From the IMG/VR virus record IMGVR_UViG_3300009167_000009, positions 1-60,258 of that record: 60,258 nucleotides of DNA; one strand, written 5' to 3'. The stretch comes from a virus (lineage: Duplodnaviria > Caudoviricetes). A model generated the notes under the pieces. That model did no database searches, was not told the DNA's origin, and worked only from the letters and a program-made list of their open reading frames with translations. This document shows, piece by piece, positions 1-9,856 of this stretch (positions are counted from its first letter, which is position 1; every line of letters begins with the position of its first letter). A program made the position numbers and the translations under genes.

Positions 1-27
1 CGGTGCGCGTATTTAAGGATGTGAATT

Positions 28-483
28 ATGGCAATGTACGCAGCGGTGTTCGACGGCATCAGCGTGGACGCGATTGCCGACCTGTTCTATCTGAAGCCGC
101 CCTCGACGCGGGCGGTCATCATCCACGAGATCCGCATCACGCAGGAAACGAGCGAGACGTCGGAGACGTTGCCGCTCAAGCTGTTCCGCACGGCGACGGA
201 CAACTCCGCGCAGGGCACAGGGAACACACCCGCGACACTCGGGGCGGATGGCACTGTGGCCTCGACGGTGCGGACGCTCATCACGGGTGCGAACCTCTCC
301 GCTGAAACGACGCTGCTGCGCGTCGAGTCGGAGAACGTCTTGGGCGGCTGGCACTATCTCCCGACGCCCGAGAACCGCATCCACATTGTCCCAGGCGGCA
401 ACGGTTTCGCGGTGAAGCTGAAGACGGCCCCGGCAGCGGCCCTCACGCTGGACGGCGTGATGGTGTTTGAGGAGGTGGGATAA
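28..483 (+). CDS. putative virion structural protein (beta-rich)
   Basis: 151 aa ORF with AAGGA RBS; TAATG coupling to next gene; in tail region. Confidence 0.6.
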   Translation: MAMYAAVFDGISVDAIADLFYLKPPSTRAVIIHEIRITQETSETSETLPLKLFRTATDNSAQGTGNTPATLGADGTVASTVRTLITGANLSAETTLLRVESENVLGGWHYLPTPENRIHIVPGGNGFAVKLKTAPAAALTLDGVMVFEEVG

Positions 484-860
484 TGAAGCGCATCATTGCG
501 GCCTTCGTGGCGCTGGCCCTGTTGGGGTTCGCCAGTGCCTCGCTTGCGCAGACCAAACCGCAGAACCCGCGTGAAGGCACGTTCACGGCCTCACCGGACC
601 ACGCGCAGATCGACAAGTACGTCCTCGGGTTCTTCCTGCCGGGGGCCACGACACCCGTGCAGACACAAGACCTCGGGAAGCCCGTGCCGGACGGGGCGAA
701 CGTCTGCACGTTCACGTTCAACTCGCAGCCGCTATCGTTCGGCGCGGATTACACGGGTAAGGTGAAGGCCGTCGCCGGGACCGCTGAGAGCGAGTGGAGT
801 CTCGCCAGCAACCCTTTCGACCGGGTTCCCGGCCCGCCCGGAAAACCTGTGATTCGGTAG
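483..860 (+). CDS. secreted FN3/Ig-like small protein
   Basis: Sec-type signal MKRIIAAFVALALLGFASASLA; C-terminal Y-x-G-x-VKAV...ESEWS...PGKP resembles fibronectin type III. Confidence 0.6.
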   Translation: MKRIIAAFVALALLGFASASLAQTKPQNPREGTFTASPDHAQIDKYVLGFFLPGATTPVQTQDLGKPVPDGANVCTFTFNSQPLSFGADYTGKVKAVAGTAESEWSLASNPFDRVPGPPGKPVIR

Positions 861-913
861 GCTGGCCGTGGCGCTGGCTGTGGATCTGGCTGAAGAAGTG
901 TGAGGGATAACCG

Positions 914-1456
914 ATGGCCGTAACCGCACTCTATCGCATCAGTTCGGGCGAGGTTCTCAAAATCAGCCCCAAAGGGCAGACGTTTGCCGACCGTGACCCG
1001 GCATTCTTCGGCGTCGTGACCGACCCGGTGCTGCCGGATGGGAATACCGTGCGGGCGCTGAACCCCGATGGCACGATGGGGCCGCTGCGCGTGCTTGGGT
1101 TCGCGAAGCACTACGTCGGCATCGGGCAGGACATCCGCAACGCGACCCAGGCCGAGATCGACAGCTACGCCGCGAAGGAACTGACCGATGACAAGCAGCT
1201 AGATGCCTTGCGGGTTGGCGAGTTGTTCTCGGTCCATCCCCAGTGGCGCAAGGCGTTCAAGGCGCTGCTGAAGCGCATCCTCGCCGTGACCAACGCGCAC
1301 GCCGACCAGCACAACGCGCTGCGGGCGCAGATCGCAGCGGCGACGTCGCTGGCCGATCTCCAGTCGCGTGTGGCGGCGAACACGGCGGATCTGAACACGT
1401 ACACCCTCGTTCAAGCAGCGTCGGCACTGCTGAACGACATCAGCGCGGACGACTGA
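914..1456 (+). CDS. hypothetical tail-associated protein
   Basis: 180 aa ORF, RBS GAGG, helical C-terminal half, operon context. Confidence 0.6.
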   Translation: MAVTALYRISSGEVLKISPKGQTFADRDPAFFGVVTDPVLPDGNTVRALNPDGTMGPLRVLGFAKHYVGIGQDIRNATQAEIDSYAAKELTDDKQLDALRVGELFSVHPQWRKAFKALLKRILAVTNAHADQHNALRAQIAAATSLADLQSRVAANTADLNTYTLVQAASALLNDISADD

Positions 1457-1457
1457 C

Positions 1458-1898
1458 ATGGGGCAGACCATCAAGCGGTATCCAGTGGTGGAGGTGGCCA
1501 TTCTCACCCAGAGCCACGCGCCACTGGCCTCCGGCCACGAACGGGCCGTCGAGGGCGACATCATCGCCGTCCGCCCGCCGTCCAACGGTGTCGGGATGCT
1601 CGAGATGCACCGGCACCTCTGGCTGCGCGTGTCGGGGTGGGAAGAGGGCGAGTTCGGCACACTGACGGAGGGCGTCAGGGACGGAGCGGTGTCGCATGAG
1701 AAGCGGCGTCACGCCATCCCGCTCGGGCGGCTGAAGCAGCTGAAGGCCGACTTCGACGAGGGGAAGGCTCGCAACCCGAACGAGGTCTATCAGCCGTTCC
1801 TCACGGTGGACGAGGACACCGGCCTGTTCACATCCTGTGCGCCGCCGTTCGACGCGCAGGGCTTGATCCTCGACAAGACGACCGGGAGGTACAAGTAG
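1458..1898 (+). CDS. hypothetical protein
   Basis: 146 aa ORF tightly packed between neighbours. Confidence 0.6.
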   Translation: MGQTIKRYPVVEVAILTQSHAPLASGHERAVEGDIIAVRPPSNGVGMLEMHRHLWLRVSGWEEGEFGTLTEGVRDGAVSHEKRRHAIPLGRLKQLKADFDEGKARNPNEVYQPFLTVDEDTGLFTSCAPPFDAQGLILDKTTGRYK

Positions 1899-1899
1899 T

Positions 1900-4818
1900 A
1901 TGGCATCGTCCCGCCGTACCGGCACCAACGAGTCGCGGTGGACGGGCAGCGAGTGGGCCAGCGGTGTCAACACGTTCGCGGCTTCTGGAGCGGACTACTC
2001 AGACCTGTCGGTGTGGGAGAGTGACACCGGCCAAAACCTTGTGACCGCCACCAGAAGTGCGGTCCTGGAATGTGCAGCGGGAACGTATACCGTAACCAGC
2101 GTGATCCTGTTTTGGGGCGCAGACACGAACAGTTCGTACATGCGAATTGTGCGTGCCAATTCGTCCTCGCGTCACGGCGGCATCCCCGGAGTTGGAGCGA
2201 AGTTTCTCTCGACCACGGGATCGATACAGTTTGCGGAACACTATCTCAAGCTCCACGATCTTGAGTTTGTCGGTGCGTATAATTCGGCAGACGCACTCGC
2301 CGGATTTCAGGACGCTGGCTATGGTTATCTTAGTTGGGAGTTCGTTGGCCTGTTAGCGTCCGGTTCAAACTCGGGGTCAGGAATTGGGTGCGGATGCTCG
2401 TTCGTCTCTGGACATACCTACAACGTCATCGCCAACTGTGTGTTTTATGGTTCTGACGAAGATGGGTGTGTCTCCACTACCTATGTCGGTGGATTCTACA
2501 ACTGCTCGGCTATTAACAATGGCCGGTATGGATTCACCCTGGGTGCAGGTACGAGTTCGCCGTTCAAGGATTGCATTGGCTATGGCAACGCGACGGCAGA
2601 CTACTACGGAACCTTTCCAACCGGCACCACGCACAACCTGTCTTCTGACGCAACCGCTCCGGCCGTCGGAGTCTACTACCGCAGCAAGTCCCTAACCTTT
2701 GAGAATGTCGGCGCGGACAACTACGACCTCGTGCGTGCGGACAGCGACGCCATCGCGCAAGGTGCGAATCTCAGCGCCGATGGGACGTTCGCCTTCAATG
2801 ACGACATCGCCTTCTCAGCCAGGGGCGCGGGCCAATGGGATGTGGGCGCATTTGCCTATACCGGCACGTTGTCATCTCGTCGGCGTGGCACGAACGAAGA
2901 CATCAAGACGTTCGGCGATACCGGGTTCAGCCGCGACTACACCGCGCTGGCAACATGGGAAACGGATACGGACATCGACCTCGTGTCAGCGGCGCAGAGC
3001 AAGGTCGTGGAGTGCTACGCGGACGCGGCGAGCTACGCTGGCCAATACGTCGTGTACGCGGATGCTGTTGCGAACGCTCTGTATCATCGCATCCTTCGAG
3101 CCGCATCGACAGCACGCCATCTTGGCGTTCCCGGTGCCGGGATCGTGCTGTATGGCAGTGCGTTCGTGGGGGTAGATGAAGACTATTTCTCGGTTCAAGA
3201 CATCGAAATCAACAACGTCAGCAACGACATCGAAACGCGCTGGTGCGTGCGGCTTCATTATGGATCCGGTGGTATTGGAGCGACTTGCGTTGGGTGCCTT
3301 GTCTCAGCCGCGAACAACGGCAGCGGAGTCGGGGAGGGGATATATCTCGCCAGTGTGAGCGCGCCGTTGTCTCATGCGGTCGTGAACTGCGTGGCGCACG
3401 ACTGTGATGATAATGGGATTTACGGGCTATGGACAGGTAGTTTTATCTATAACTGTACGTCCATTGACAATGGCGTGTACGGGTTCTCTGGCCATCCGAC
3501 GCAGACCTGGTACGTGTCTATCTACAAGAACAACATCGGCTACAGCAACGCGACGGCAGACTTCCTCGGCGACGCATTGAACGGCACCACGCACAACCTG
3601 AGCGGGGATGCCACAGCCCCGGCAGCCGGCACCTACTATCGCAGCAAAACCCTCTACTTCATGGCGGCGCAGGGGCGGACGGGTGACTACCGCATCGCGC
3701 CAGCGGACCTCACCAACGCGCAGGGCAAAGCCACCAGTCTATCGACAGACGGGGCGTACCCCTTCGACGACGACATCGCGTTCAACCTGCGCTCTGGCGC
3801 GTGGGATCTCGGGGCCAGCAATTACGCGCCTGCGGGCGGCTCACGCCGCACCGGTCTGAATGAGCAGATCAGCACGTTCGGGGATACGGGGTTCGGGCGC
3901 GACTATACCAGCGTCTACACATGGGAGGATACGACAGACGTCGACCTCGTTGCGGCTCGTGAGTGCGAAGTGCTGGAGTGTTACAAGGACGCGGCCAGCT
4001 ACGCCATTGGTGGGTTTGGGTTTCTGGGCGCGACAACGAGCCATAACTACTTCCGTCTTGTTCGGGCAGTGGCGTCGGCTCGCCATCTCGGTGTACCGGG
4101 TACGGGCGTGAAGTTCGTCCCATCCGGCTACTGGATTTCGCAGGATGGCGAAGCGTGGCTCGGCATTGAAGACCTGGAGTTTGCCGTCGCGTGGAACAGC
4201 ACTGGCGATGGGCCTTCCATCTTTTTCAATGGCACGGCGCCGTATTCGCGGCTCGTGGGGTTGATCGTATCAGCAACCAACGCAGGAACGGGAGTCGCGA
4301 GTGGCGTCGCCTCCACCGACGGCACTGTGAACATCATCAACTGCGTCGTCCACGACTGCGAGGGCTACGGGATCGCGCATACGCTGAAAGCCGTCTATAG
4401 CTGCACTGCTGTTAGTTGTGGCACCTACGGGTTCGACGTCACCGGCGGCGCGGGGTATGACCCTGAGCGTAAGAACTGCATCGGGTATGGGTGTGGCACA
4501 GTCGATTTCCGGGTCTCGACCGGGTATGAGAGCTTCGGCACCAATAACCTGAGCGAAGACACGACGGCACCCGGCACAGTCAACTACCGCAACAAGTCGC
4601 TGACGTTCGAAGACGCCGCGAACGGTAACTATGCGCTAGTCCTGTCAGACATTGATGCGATCAACAGAGGCATATCACTTCTGACAGACGCGACGTTCCC
4701 GTTCAACGATGACATCGCCTTTACCACACGACCAGTAGCTGCCGAGTGGGATGTCGGGGCATTTGAGTATTCCGGCCCATTCCCGTTCAAGCACTTCATT
4801 CGTAGGTGGCGGTGGTAA
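1900..4818 (+). CDS. tailspike/adhesin-like protein with three tandem pectin-lyase-like beta-helix modules
   Basis: 972 aa; three ~320 aa repeats starting SRRTGTNE/SRRRGTNE/SRRTGLNE and ending FNDDIAF...WDxGA; NCV..DC/YNCT ladders typical of right-handed beta-helices. Confidence 0.7.
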   Translation: MASSRRTGTNESRWTGSEWASGVNTFAASGADYSDLSVWESDTGQNLVTATRSAVLECAAGTYTVTSVILFWGADTNSSYMRIVRANSSSRHGGIPGVGAKFLSTTGSIQFAEHYLKLHDLEFVGAYNSADALAGFQDAGYGYLSWEFVGLLASGSNSGSGIGCGCSFVSGHTYNVIANCVFYGSDEDGCVSTTYVGGFYNCSAINNGRYGFTLGAGTSSPFKDCIGYGNATADYYGTFPTGTTHNLSSDATAPAVGVYYRSKSLTFENVGADNYDLVRADSDAIAQGANLSADGTFAFNDDIAFSARGAGQWDVGAFAYTGTLSSRRRGTNEDIKTFGDTGFSRDYTALATWETDTDIDLVSAAQSKVVECYADAASYAGQYVVYADAVANALYHRILRAASTARHLGVPGAGIVLYGSAFVGVDEDYFSVQDIEINNVSNDIETRWCVRLHYGSGGIGATCVGCLVSAANNGSGVGEGIYLASVSAPLSHAVVNCVAHDCDDNGIYGLWTGSFIYNCTSIDNGVYGFSGHPTQTWYVSIYKNNIGYSNATADFLGDALNGTTHNLSGDATAPAAGTYYRSKTLYFMAAQGRTGDYRIAPADLTNAQGKATSLSTDGAYPFDDDIAFNLRSGAWDLGASNYAPAGGSRRTGLNEQISTFGDTGFGRDYTSVYTWEDTTDVDLVAARECEVLECYKDAASYAIGGFGFLGATTSHNYFRLVRAVASARHLGVPGTGVKFVPSGYWISQDGEAWLGIEDLEFAVAWNSTGDGPSIFFNGTAPYSRLVGLIVSATNAGTGVASGVASTDGTVNIINCVVHDCEGYGIAHTLKAVYSCTAVSCGTYGFDVTGGAGYDPERKNCIGYGCGTVDFRVSTGYESFGTNNLSEDTTAPGTVNYRNKSLTFEDAANGNYALVLSDIDAINRGISLLTDATFPFNDDIAFTTRPVAAEWDVGAFEYSGPFPFKHFIRRWRW

Positions 4819-7800
4819 ATGCCGAAGTGGGTCTTCCGCCCCGGTTGGTCGATTCGCGGGCCACGCGCACGGCGCGTGTACGTCGAGGAGTCCCAGGGCG
4901 GCACCGGGCCGCAGACGCTAACCGGGCAGGCGGTCGAAGTCCTCTGGGGCGTCACGGCCGCAGCCGTGATCGCAGGTGCAATCACCATCGCGGGCAGTGC
5001 GCCCGAAGCCGTTCTCACCGTTGACGCGGCCACGCCGCAAGCGACCATCACACTCGCCGGACAGGAGCCGTCCTCGACATGGGCGGTGGATGCGGCCACG
5101 CCGATCCCCGGCGCAGCGACGATCACGGGCCAAGTTGTAGATGTAACGTTTGGCGTCACCCCCGCCGACGTCTTGCCCGGCGGGGTCACGCTGTCTGGGC
5201 AGGAGTGTGTCTCCACCTTCGCCGCCGACGATGCGGGCATCTCGGTTGAAGGCGGCACACAGGTTGTTGACGGCGTGGCGGCGGAACTGTCTGCGAACGT
5301 CGATGGCGCGGCCATCGTTCCCGGTGCCGTCACCCTGAATGGGCAGGCCGTCGAGGCGCTGGCGGCAGTGGACGTCGGGACGCTGCTCCCCGGCGCGGTC
5401 ACCCTTGACGGCCAGCCCATCGTTGCCGTCCATGCGGTAGACACAGCGGCGCTCGTCATCGAGCCGGTAACGCTCGCAGGCCAAGCCGTTGCCGCCGTCG
5501 CGGCGGTGGATGCGGCGGCAGTACTACCCGGTGCGGTCACGCTCAACGCGCAGGAAGTCGAAACCGTCGCGCACGTCGAACCGGCGGCGGTCGTGGCGAC
5601 GGTCACGGTCGCAGGCGACGCCCCGAACACGGCGCTGGCGGTTGAGGCGGCGGCGGTGCTGCCGGGGGCGGTGACGCTCGATGGGCAAGCCGCTGAGGCG
5701 CTCCATGCGGTCGATGCGGCCACGGTTGCGGCGGGCGGCGTCACGCTGGATGGGCAGGCGGTTGAAGCGGTTGCGACAGTTGACGCGGCTACACTTATAC
5801 CCGGCGCGGTTACACTGGCGGGCGATGCCCCTGACGTAACCCTTACGGTCGAGGTTGCGACCATTCTGCCGGGGGCGGCGACGCTCGAGGGACAGGAGCC
5901 CCAGGACATATTCGCGGTCACGACGGCGGCGATCCAAGCGGAGGAAGGCCCGGTCGCCGATTACTTCTTTGCCCGCCGCGCGCAGGTCTCGACGTTCCGC
6001 AGCGTCTTCCGGGGCCGGTCGTTCGTCCGCCATGTGCGGCGGATGACGTGGATACTGACCGCTGGTCCATCGCCGCAGACGATCAATGGCGATGCTGTGC
6101 CGGTCGTGTTTGCGGTGGACACGGCCGCGATCCTCGCAGGGCCAGTCACGCTAGACGGCGACGCGCCGGGAGTGGCGGCGGCAGTCGAGACGGCGGCGCT
6201 GGTCGCCACGGCCACGCTCGCGGGTGAGGCGGTTGAAGCCGTCGCGGCCGTCGATGCGGCCACGGTTCTCCCCGGCGCGGTGACGCTGGAGGGGGTTGCG
6301 CCAGAAGCCGCCCTCGCGGTCGAGGCCGCTGCCGTCGTGCCGGGAGCCGTCACGCTGACCGGACAGGAACCGGTTGCCGTCCATGCGGTCGACACGGCGG
6401 GCATTAGTAGCGGTGTCATTCGGGAAGGCCAACCCGTCGAGTCGGTCTTTGCCGTAGACGCGGCTACCATCATCCCCGGCGCGGTAACGGTGGCCGGTCA
6501 GGCGCCAGAAATCCTGCACGCAGTCACGGATGCCGCAATCCTGCCGACTGTGACGCTGGCCGGGCAAGAACCCCAACTTACCGCAGAGGTTCAAGCGGGC
6601 AACGTCGTGGCGGTTGCGGTCCTTGCCGGTCAGCCGGTCGAGTCGGCATTCGCCGTTGAGGTCGCAGCCGTCGTCGGGGGACCGGCAACCATCGTCGGCC
6701 AGTCGGTGGAGGGTGTCTGGGCTGTCCAGACCGCGCAGATCATCGCCCAGGGTGGGCCGCAAACGCTTGACGGCGTTGCGCCCGTGGCGATGACGCTGGT
6801 TGATACCGCAACAGTTGTTCCCGGTGCCATTACCGTTCAAGGGTCAGCGCCAGAAACACTGGCCACTGTTACCGAGGCCCTGGTCCATCGGAGTGTGGCA
6901 GGGGATGCGCCCAGCACTGTGGCTGCAGTTGATACGGCCGCATTGCTCGCGACGATTACTCTACCGGGCGATATGCCGGAATCCGTGGCGGCGGTCACGC
7001 CTGCGACGGTTATCCCCGGAGCCGCCACGATTGCGGGCGTTGCCCCGGAAAGTGTCTTTGGCGTTGAGACTGGCACGGTCACGGGTGCAGGGGTTATCGC
7101 GGGGCAACCGGTCGAGGTGCAGTTTGCCATTACGACGGCGGCTGTGCTTCCCGGTGCCGTTACCGTTGCCGGGTCTGCTCCGGGCGCAGTACTGGCCGTG
7201 GACGCGGCCACACTGGTCGTTGAACCACTGACACTGGCCGGGGACGCGCCAGAAGCCCTATGCGCGGTCGAAATGGGTGCGGTCCTTCCCGGATCCGCAA
7301 CGGTTCTTGGTCAGTCGGTCGAAACGACCTTCGACGTCCAGACCGCCGCTATCGTCCCCACGGCCACGATTGCAGGCCAAACGGCCGAGGTCGTCTACGG
7401 CGTCACGCCTGCGGCGGTCATTACTGGCCCAGCAACAATCACGGGCCAGATAGTCGAATCCGTTTGGGGTGTAGCGACCGCGAATCTTGTCGCGCAGGAT
7501 GCGCCGCAGACGATTCTGGGGACACCGGTTGAAGGTCAGTTTGTCGTTGCCACGGCACAAGTCCAGTCGACCATGACCCTGGCCGGTCAGCCGGTTGAGA
7601 CGGTACTAGCCGTGTCAGTGGCAACCCTTACCGCCAACCCGTACCCGGACTGGCGCCTGGTTAGTTCGCTGATTCACGCGTCCGTTACGCAGGCCACAAT
7701 CTTGCACGCGTCGGGAACACAGGCCGCGACTTTGCACGCGTCCGTGACCAGTGCGGATTTGGTGCATCCGTCCGTAACAAGTGCAGGTATCATACACGCG

Positions 7801-7854
7801 TCAGTCACGACAACGACATCGGTACATCTGGACGTGCGCGGGAGTGAACCATGA
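4819..7854 (+). CDS. long repeat-rich fibre-like virion protein
   Basis: 1011 aa; many ~23 aa repeats (PGAVTLxGQAVEAxxAVDAAxVL); C-terminal 10 aa His repeats. Confidence 0.7.
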   Translation: MPKWVFRPGWSIRGPRARRVYVEESQGGTGPQTLTGQAVEVLWGVTAAAVIAGAITIAGSAPEAVLTVDAATPQATITLAGQEPSSTWAVDAATPIPGAATITGQVVDVTFGVTPADVLPGGVTLSGQECVSTFAADDAGISVEGGTQVVDGVAAELSANVDGAAIVPGAVTLNGQAVEALAAVDVGTLLPGAVTLDGQPIVAVHAVDTAALVIEPVTLAGQAVAAVAAVDAAAVLPGAVTLNAQEVETVAHVEPAAVVATVTVAGDAPNTALAVEAAAVLPGAVTLDGQAAEALHAVDAATVAAGGVTLDGQAVEAVATVDAATLIPGAVTLAGDAPDVTLTVEVATILPGAATLEGQEPQDIFAVTTAAIQAEEGPVADYFFARRAQVSTFRSVFRGRSFVRHVRRMTWILTAGPSPQTINGDAVPVVFAVDTAAILAGPVTLDGDAPGVAAAVETAALVATATLAGEAVEAVAAVDAATVLPGAVTLEGVAPEAALAVEAAAVVPGAVTLTGQEPVAVHAVDTAGISSGVIREGQPVESVFAVDAATIIPGAVTVAGQAPEILHAVTDAAILPTVTLAGQEPQLTAEVQAGNVVAVAVLAGQPVESAFAVEVAAVVGGPATIVGQSVEGVWAVQTAQIIAQGGPQTLDGVAPVAMTLVDTATVVPGAITVQGSAPETLATVTEALVHRSVAGDAPSTVAAVDTAALLATITLPGDMPESVAAVTPATVIPGAATIAGVAPESVFGVETGTVTGAGVIAGQPVEVQFAITTAAVLPGAVTVAGSAPGAVLAVDAATLVVEPLTLAGDAPEALCAVEMGAVLPGSATVLGQSVETTFDVQTAAIVPTATIAGQTAEVVYGVTPAAVITGPATITGQIVESVWGVATANLVAQDAPQTILGTPVEGQFVVATAQVQSTMTLAGQPVETVLAVSVATLTANPYPDWRLVSSLIHASVTQATILHASGTQAATLHASVTSADLVHPSVTSAGIIHASVTTTTSVHLDVRGSEP

Positions 7855-8255
7855 GTATAGAAACGCAGCTTGAACGTACGACAAGCCGGATCATCTTCCT
7901 TCTCACCGATACGGATGGCGTGACGGGGCTAGCGAATCTGTCGACGGTGTTGACGACGTTTAAGTTGACACTGTACGAACGGTACACGTTGACCGTCATC
8001 AACAGTCGCAGTGGCCAAGATGTCAAGAACACGAACGGGTTTACGGTCTACGACACGCCGCAGACCGATCCCGTGACCGGCGAAACGTACAACGTGCTTG
8101 GACGACTGGACGCGGAGGATAACGCTCTGGTCGGGACCAAGAATCTTGAAACACACATCGCGCAGTTTGAGTGGACATGGGGCACTCCACTTCGAACCGG
8201 GCGCGGTGCCGTGGCCATTCCCGTGCAGAATATGGCCTTAGTCCCCTTGGCATAA
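7851..8255 (+). CDS. hypothetical tail/baseplate-associated protein
   Basis: 134 aa beta-rich ORF overlapping the stop of the fibre gene. Confidence 0.55.
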   Translation: MSIETQLERTTSRIIFLLTDTDGVTGLANLSTVLTTFKLTLYERYTLTVINSRSGQDVKNTNGFTVYDTPQTDPVTGETYNVLGRLDAEDNALVGTKNLETHIAQFEWTWGTPLRTGRGAVAIPVQNMALVPLA

Positions 8256-8271
8256 AAAGGAAAACAGTCCG

Positions 8272-8766
8272 ATGCCCAACGAGAACATTACCCGTGGCGA
8301 GTTTGGCGAGTGGCGGCGTGAGGAAGGCGATTTTCGCCGTCGCCTCGAAGACCGCATGGCCCGCCAACATGCCGATCTGACGTCGCAGTTAACGCAGGTC
8401 ATTTCTCTACAACGGGAGGCGAACGGTCGCGTCGGCAAGGCCGAAGCCTGTATCGCTATCATCCAGCGCGAACTTGAAGCGATCAAGGATGAGGACCGAT
8501 CCATCGAGGCGGTCGTGACCCGCATTGAGACCGAGGGGTGTCGAAACTTCGAGAAGCATCTGGACACCGCCACGGTACTGGAAGGCGCGGGTGTCTTGCC
8601 GAACACCGATGGGCCGTGCCGGGCCATGTCGTTCCCGCAGTTATCGAATCGCCAGAAAGTGGCCGCAGGCGTTGGCGCGACGGCGTTACTCATTCCAGCG
8701 ATATCGGACCTGTTCAAAGCGTTGAATTCCTTGTTTCAGTGGTTGATGACAGCCAACATCAAATAA
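8272..8766 (+). CDS. coiled-coil protein with C-terminal hydrophobic segment (lysis-cassette membrane protein)
   Basis: Coiled-coil N-half; hydrophobic VAAGVGATALLIPAI near C-terminus. Confidence 0.5.
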   Translation: MPNENITRGEFGEWRREEGDFRRRLEDRMARQHADLTSQLTQVISLQREANGRVGKAEACIAIIQRELEAIKDEDRSIEAVVTRIETEGCRNFEKHLDTATVLEGAGVLPNTDGPCRAMSFPQLSNRQKVAAGVGATALLIPAISDLFKALNSLFQWLMTANIK

Positions 8767-8782
8767 AGAAAAGGGGGCAGGC

Positions 8783-9847
8783 ATGGACTTTAGAATTGGG
8801 TCACCCGGAAAGGAGTACGAGCTGCATATCCAGGGAGACGGCAACCTGGTCATGTACCGTGCCGACGGCTCGGTGCGGTGGGCGCTCGGCGTGGACCCCG
8901 ACCCTTTACCGCCGACGCCGCCCGTGACGGCGCTGCCGAGGCTGGTCATCGACGGCCAATTCTTCGCGCAGGACGGCGTGGGGCGGTGGACCGCGATTGA
9001 GTGTTCGGATTTCAACTTGCTGAACCGCTGGCAGCACGGCGAGGGCATCACGCCCATCCTAGCGCAGCGGCGGGATGCCGGGTTCAACGTGCTGCGGGTG
9101 TGGACGCTCTACGACCTGGCCTCCGCGAACATCGGGGTATTCCTCGACATCGACTACGGCCTCATCCCGGCGTTTCTGGATCTGTGCGCGAGCTACGGGC
9201 TGTATGTCGAGTTCACGGCCTACACGTCGCTCGAACGCAAAGACCATTGGGACAAGCTCGTTTCGGCGTGCGCGGGGTGCCCAAGCGTGCTCCTCGAGCT
9301 GGTCAACGAGGGCACCCTGTCGGTGAACCAGATCGACATGACGCACTACTATCGACCGACAATGGCCCTCGCGTCACATGGCAGCGGTGGCTCAGAAGGC
9401 GTGCCGCCGTGGGATCCGTGGGATTACTGCACCTTCCACACGAACGGGGCCTCCGAAGAGCAGCGCAAGGTCGGCCACAACGCGATGTACGATGTGGCTG
9501 ACGTGTACCATGTTCCCGCCCTGACTAACGAGACAAGCCGGTATCCCGACGTCGGCATGTGGCGCGGCGCGGACGCGGATCGCGCGCGGGCGCTGGCGTT
9601 CGACTCGGCGGCGGGGGCCGCGCTCCTCTGCGCGGGCAGTTGCTTTCACAGCGTCGCCGGAAAGACGTCCGTGCTCTGGGATGGGGCAACGGAAGCCGTG
9701 GCGCAAGCCTGGGCAACTGGGGCGCGGTCGGTGTCCGTGGCGTGTCAGGCGGGCAACTACCGCCGCCGCGATGACCTATTGACTGACGACCTGTTGCGCG
9801 TCTACCAGCGCGGCACGTCCGGGTGCATTGTCGAAATTCGGAAATAG
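8783..9847 (+). CDS. clan GH-A (GH5-like) glycoside hydrolase with N-terminal bulb-type lectin motif
   Basis: QGDGNLVMY matches QxDxNxVxY; Pro linker; GFNVLRVW, ELVNE (acid/base) and LTNE (nucleophile) TIM-barrel motifs. Confidence 0.7.
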   Translation: MDFRIGSPGKEYELHIQGDGNLVMYRADGSVRWALGVDPDPLPPTPPVTALPRLVIDGQFFAQDGVGRWTAIECSDFNLLNRWQHGEGITPILAQRRDAGFNVLRVWTLYDLASANIGVFLDIDYGLIPAFLDLCASYGLYVEFTAYTSLERKDHWDKLVSACAGCPSVLLELVNEGTLSVNQIDMTHYYRPTMALASHGSGGSEGVPPWDPWDYCTFHTNGASEEQRKVGHNAMYDVADVYHVPALTNETSRYPDVGMWRGADADRARALAFDSAAGAALLCAGSCFHSVAGKTSVLWDGATEAVAQAWATGARSVSVACQAGNYRRRDDLLTDDLLRVYQRGTSGCIVEIRK

Positions 9848-9856
9848 GAGGCTCCT

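Noticed and set aside
1900-4818. Diversity-generating retroelement explaining the repeats
   Set aside because: No reverse transcriptase in the window; the repeats are whole in-frame domains, not a TR/VR pair differing at adenines.
4629-7211. Long - strand ORFs (for example 4629-5921, 430 aa)
   Set aside because: Antisense shadows of the GC-rich repetitive fibre gene.
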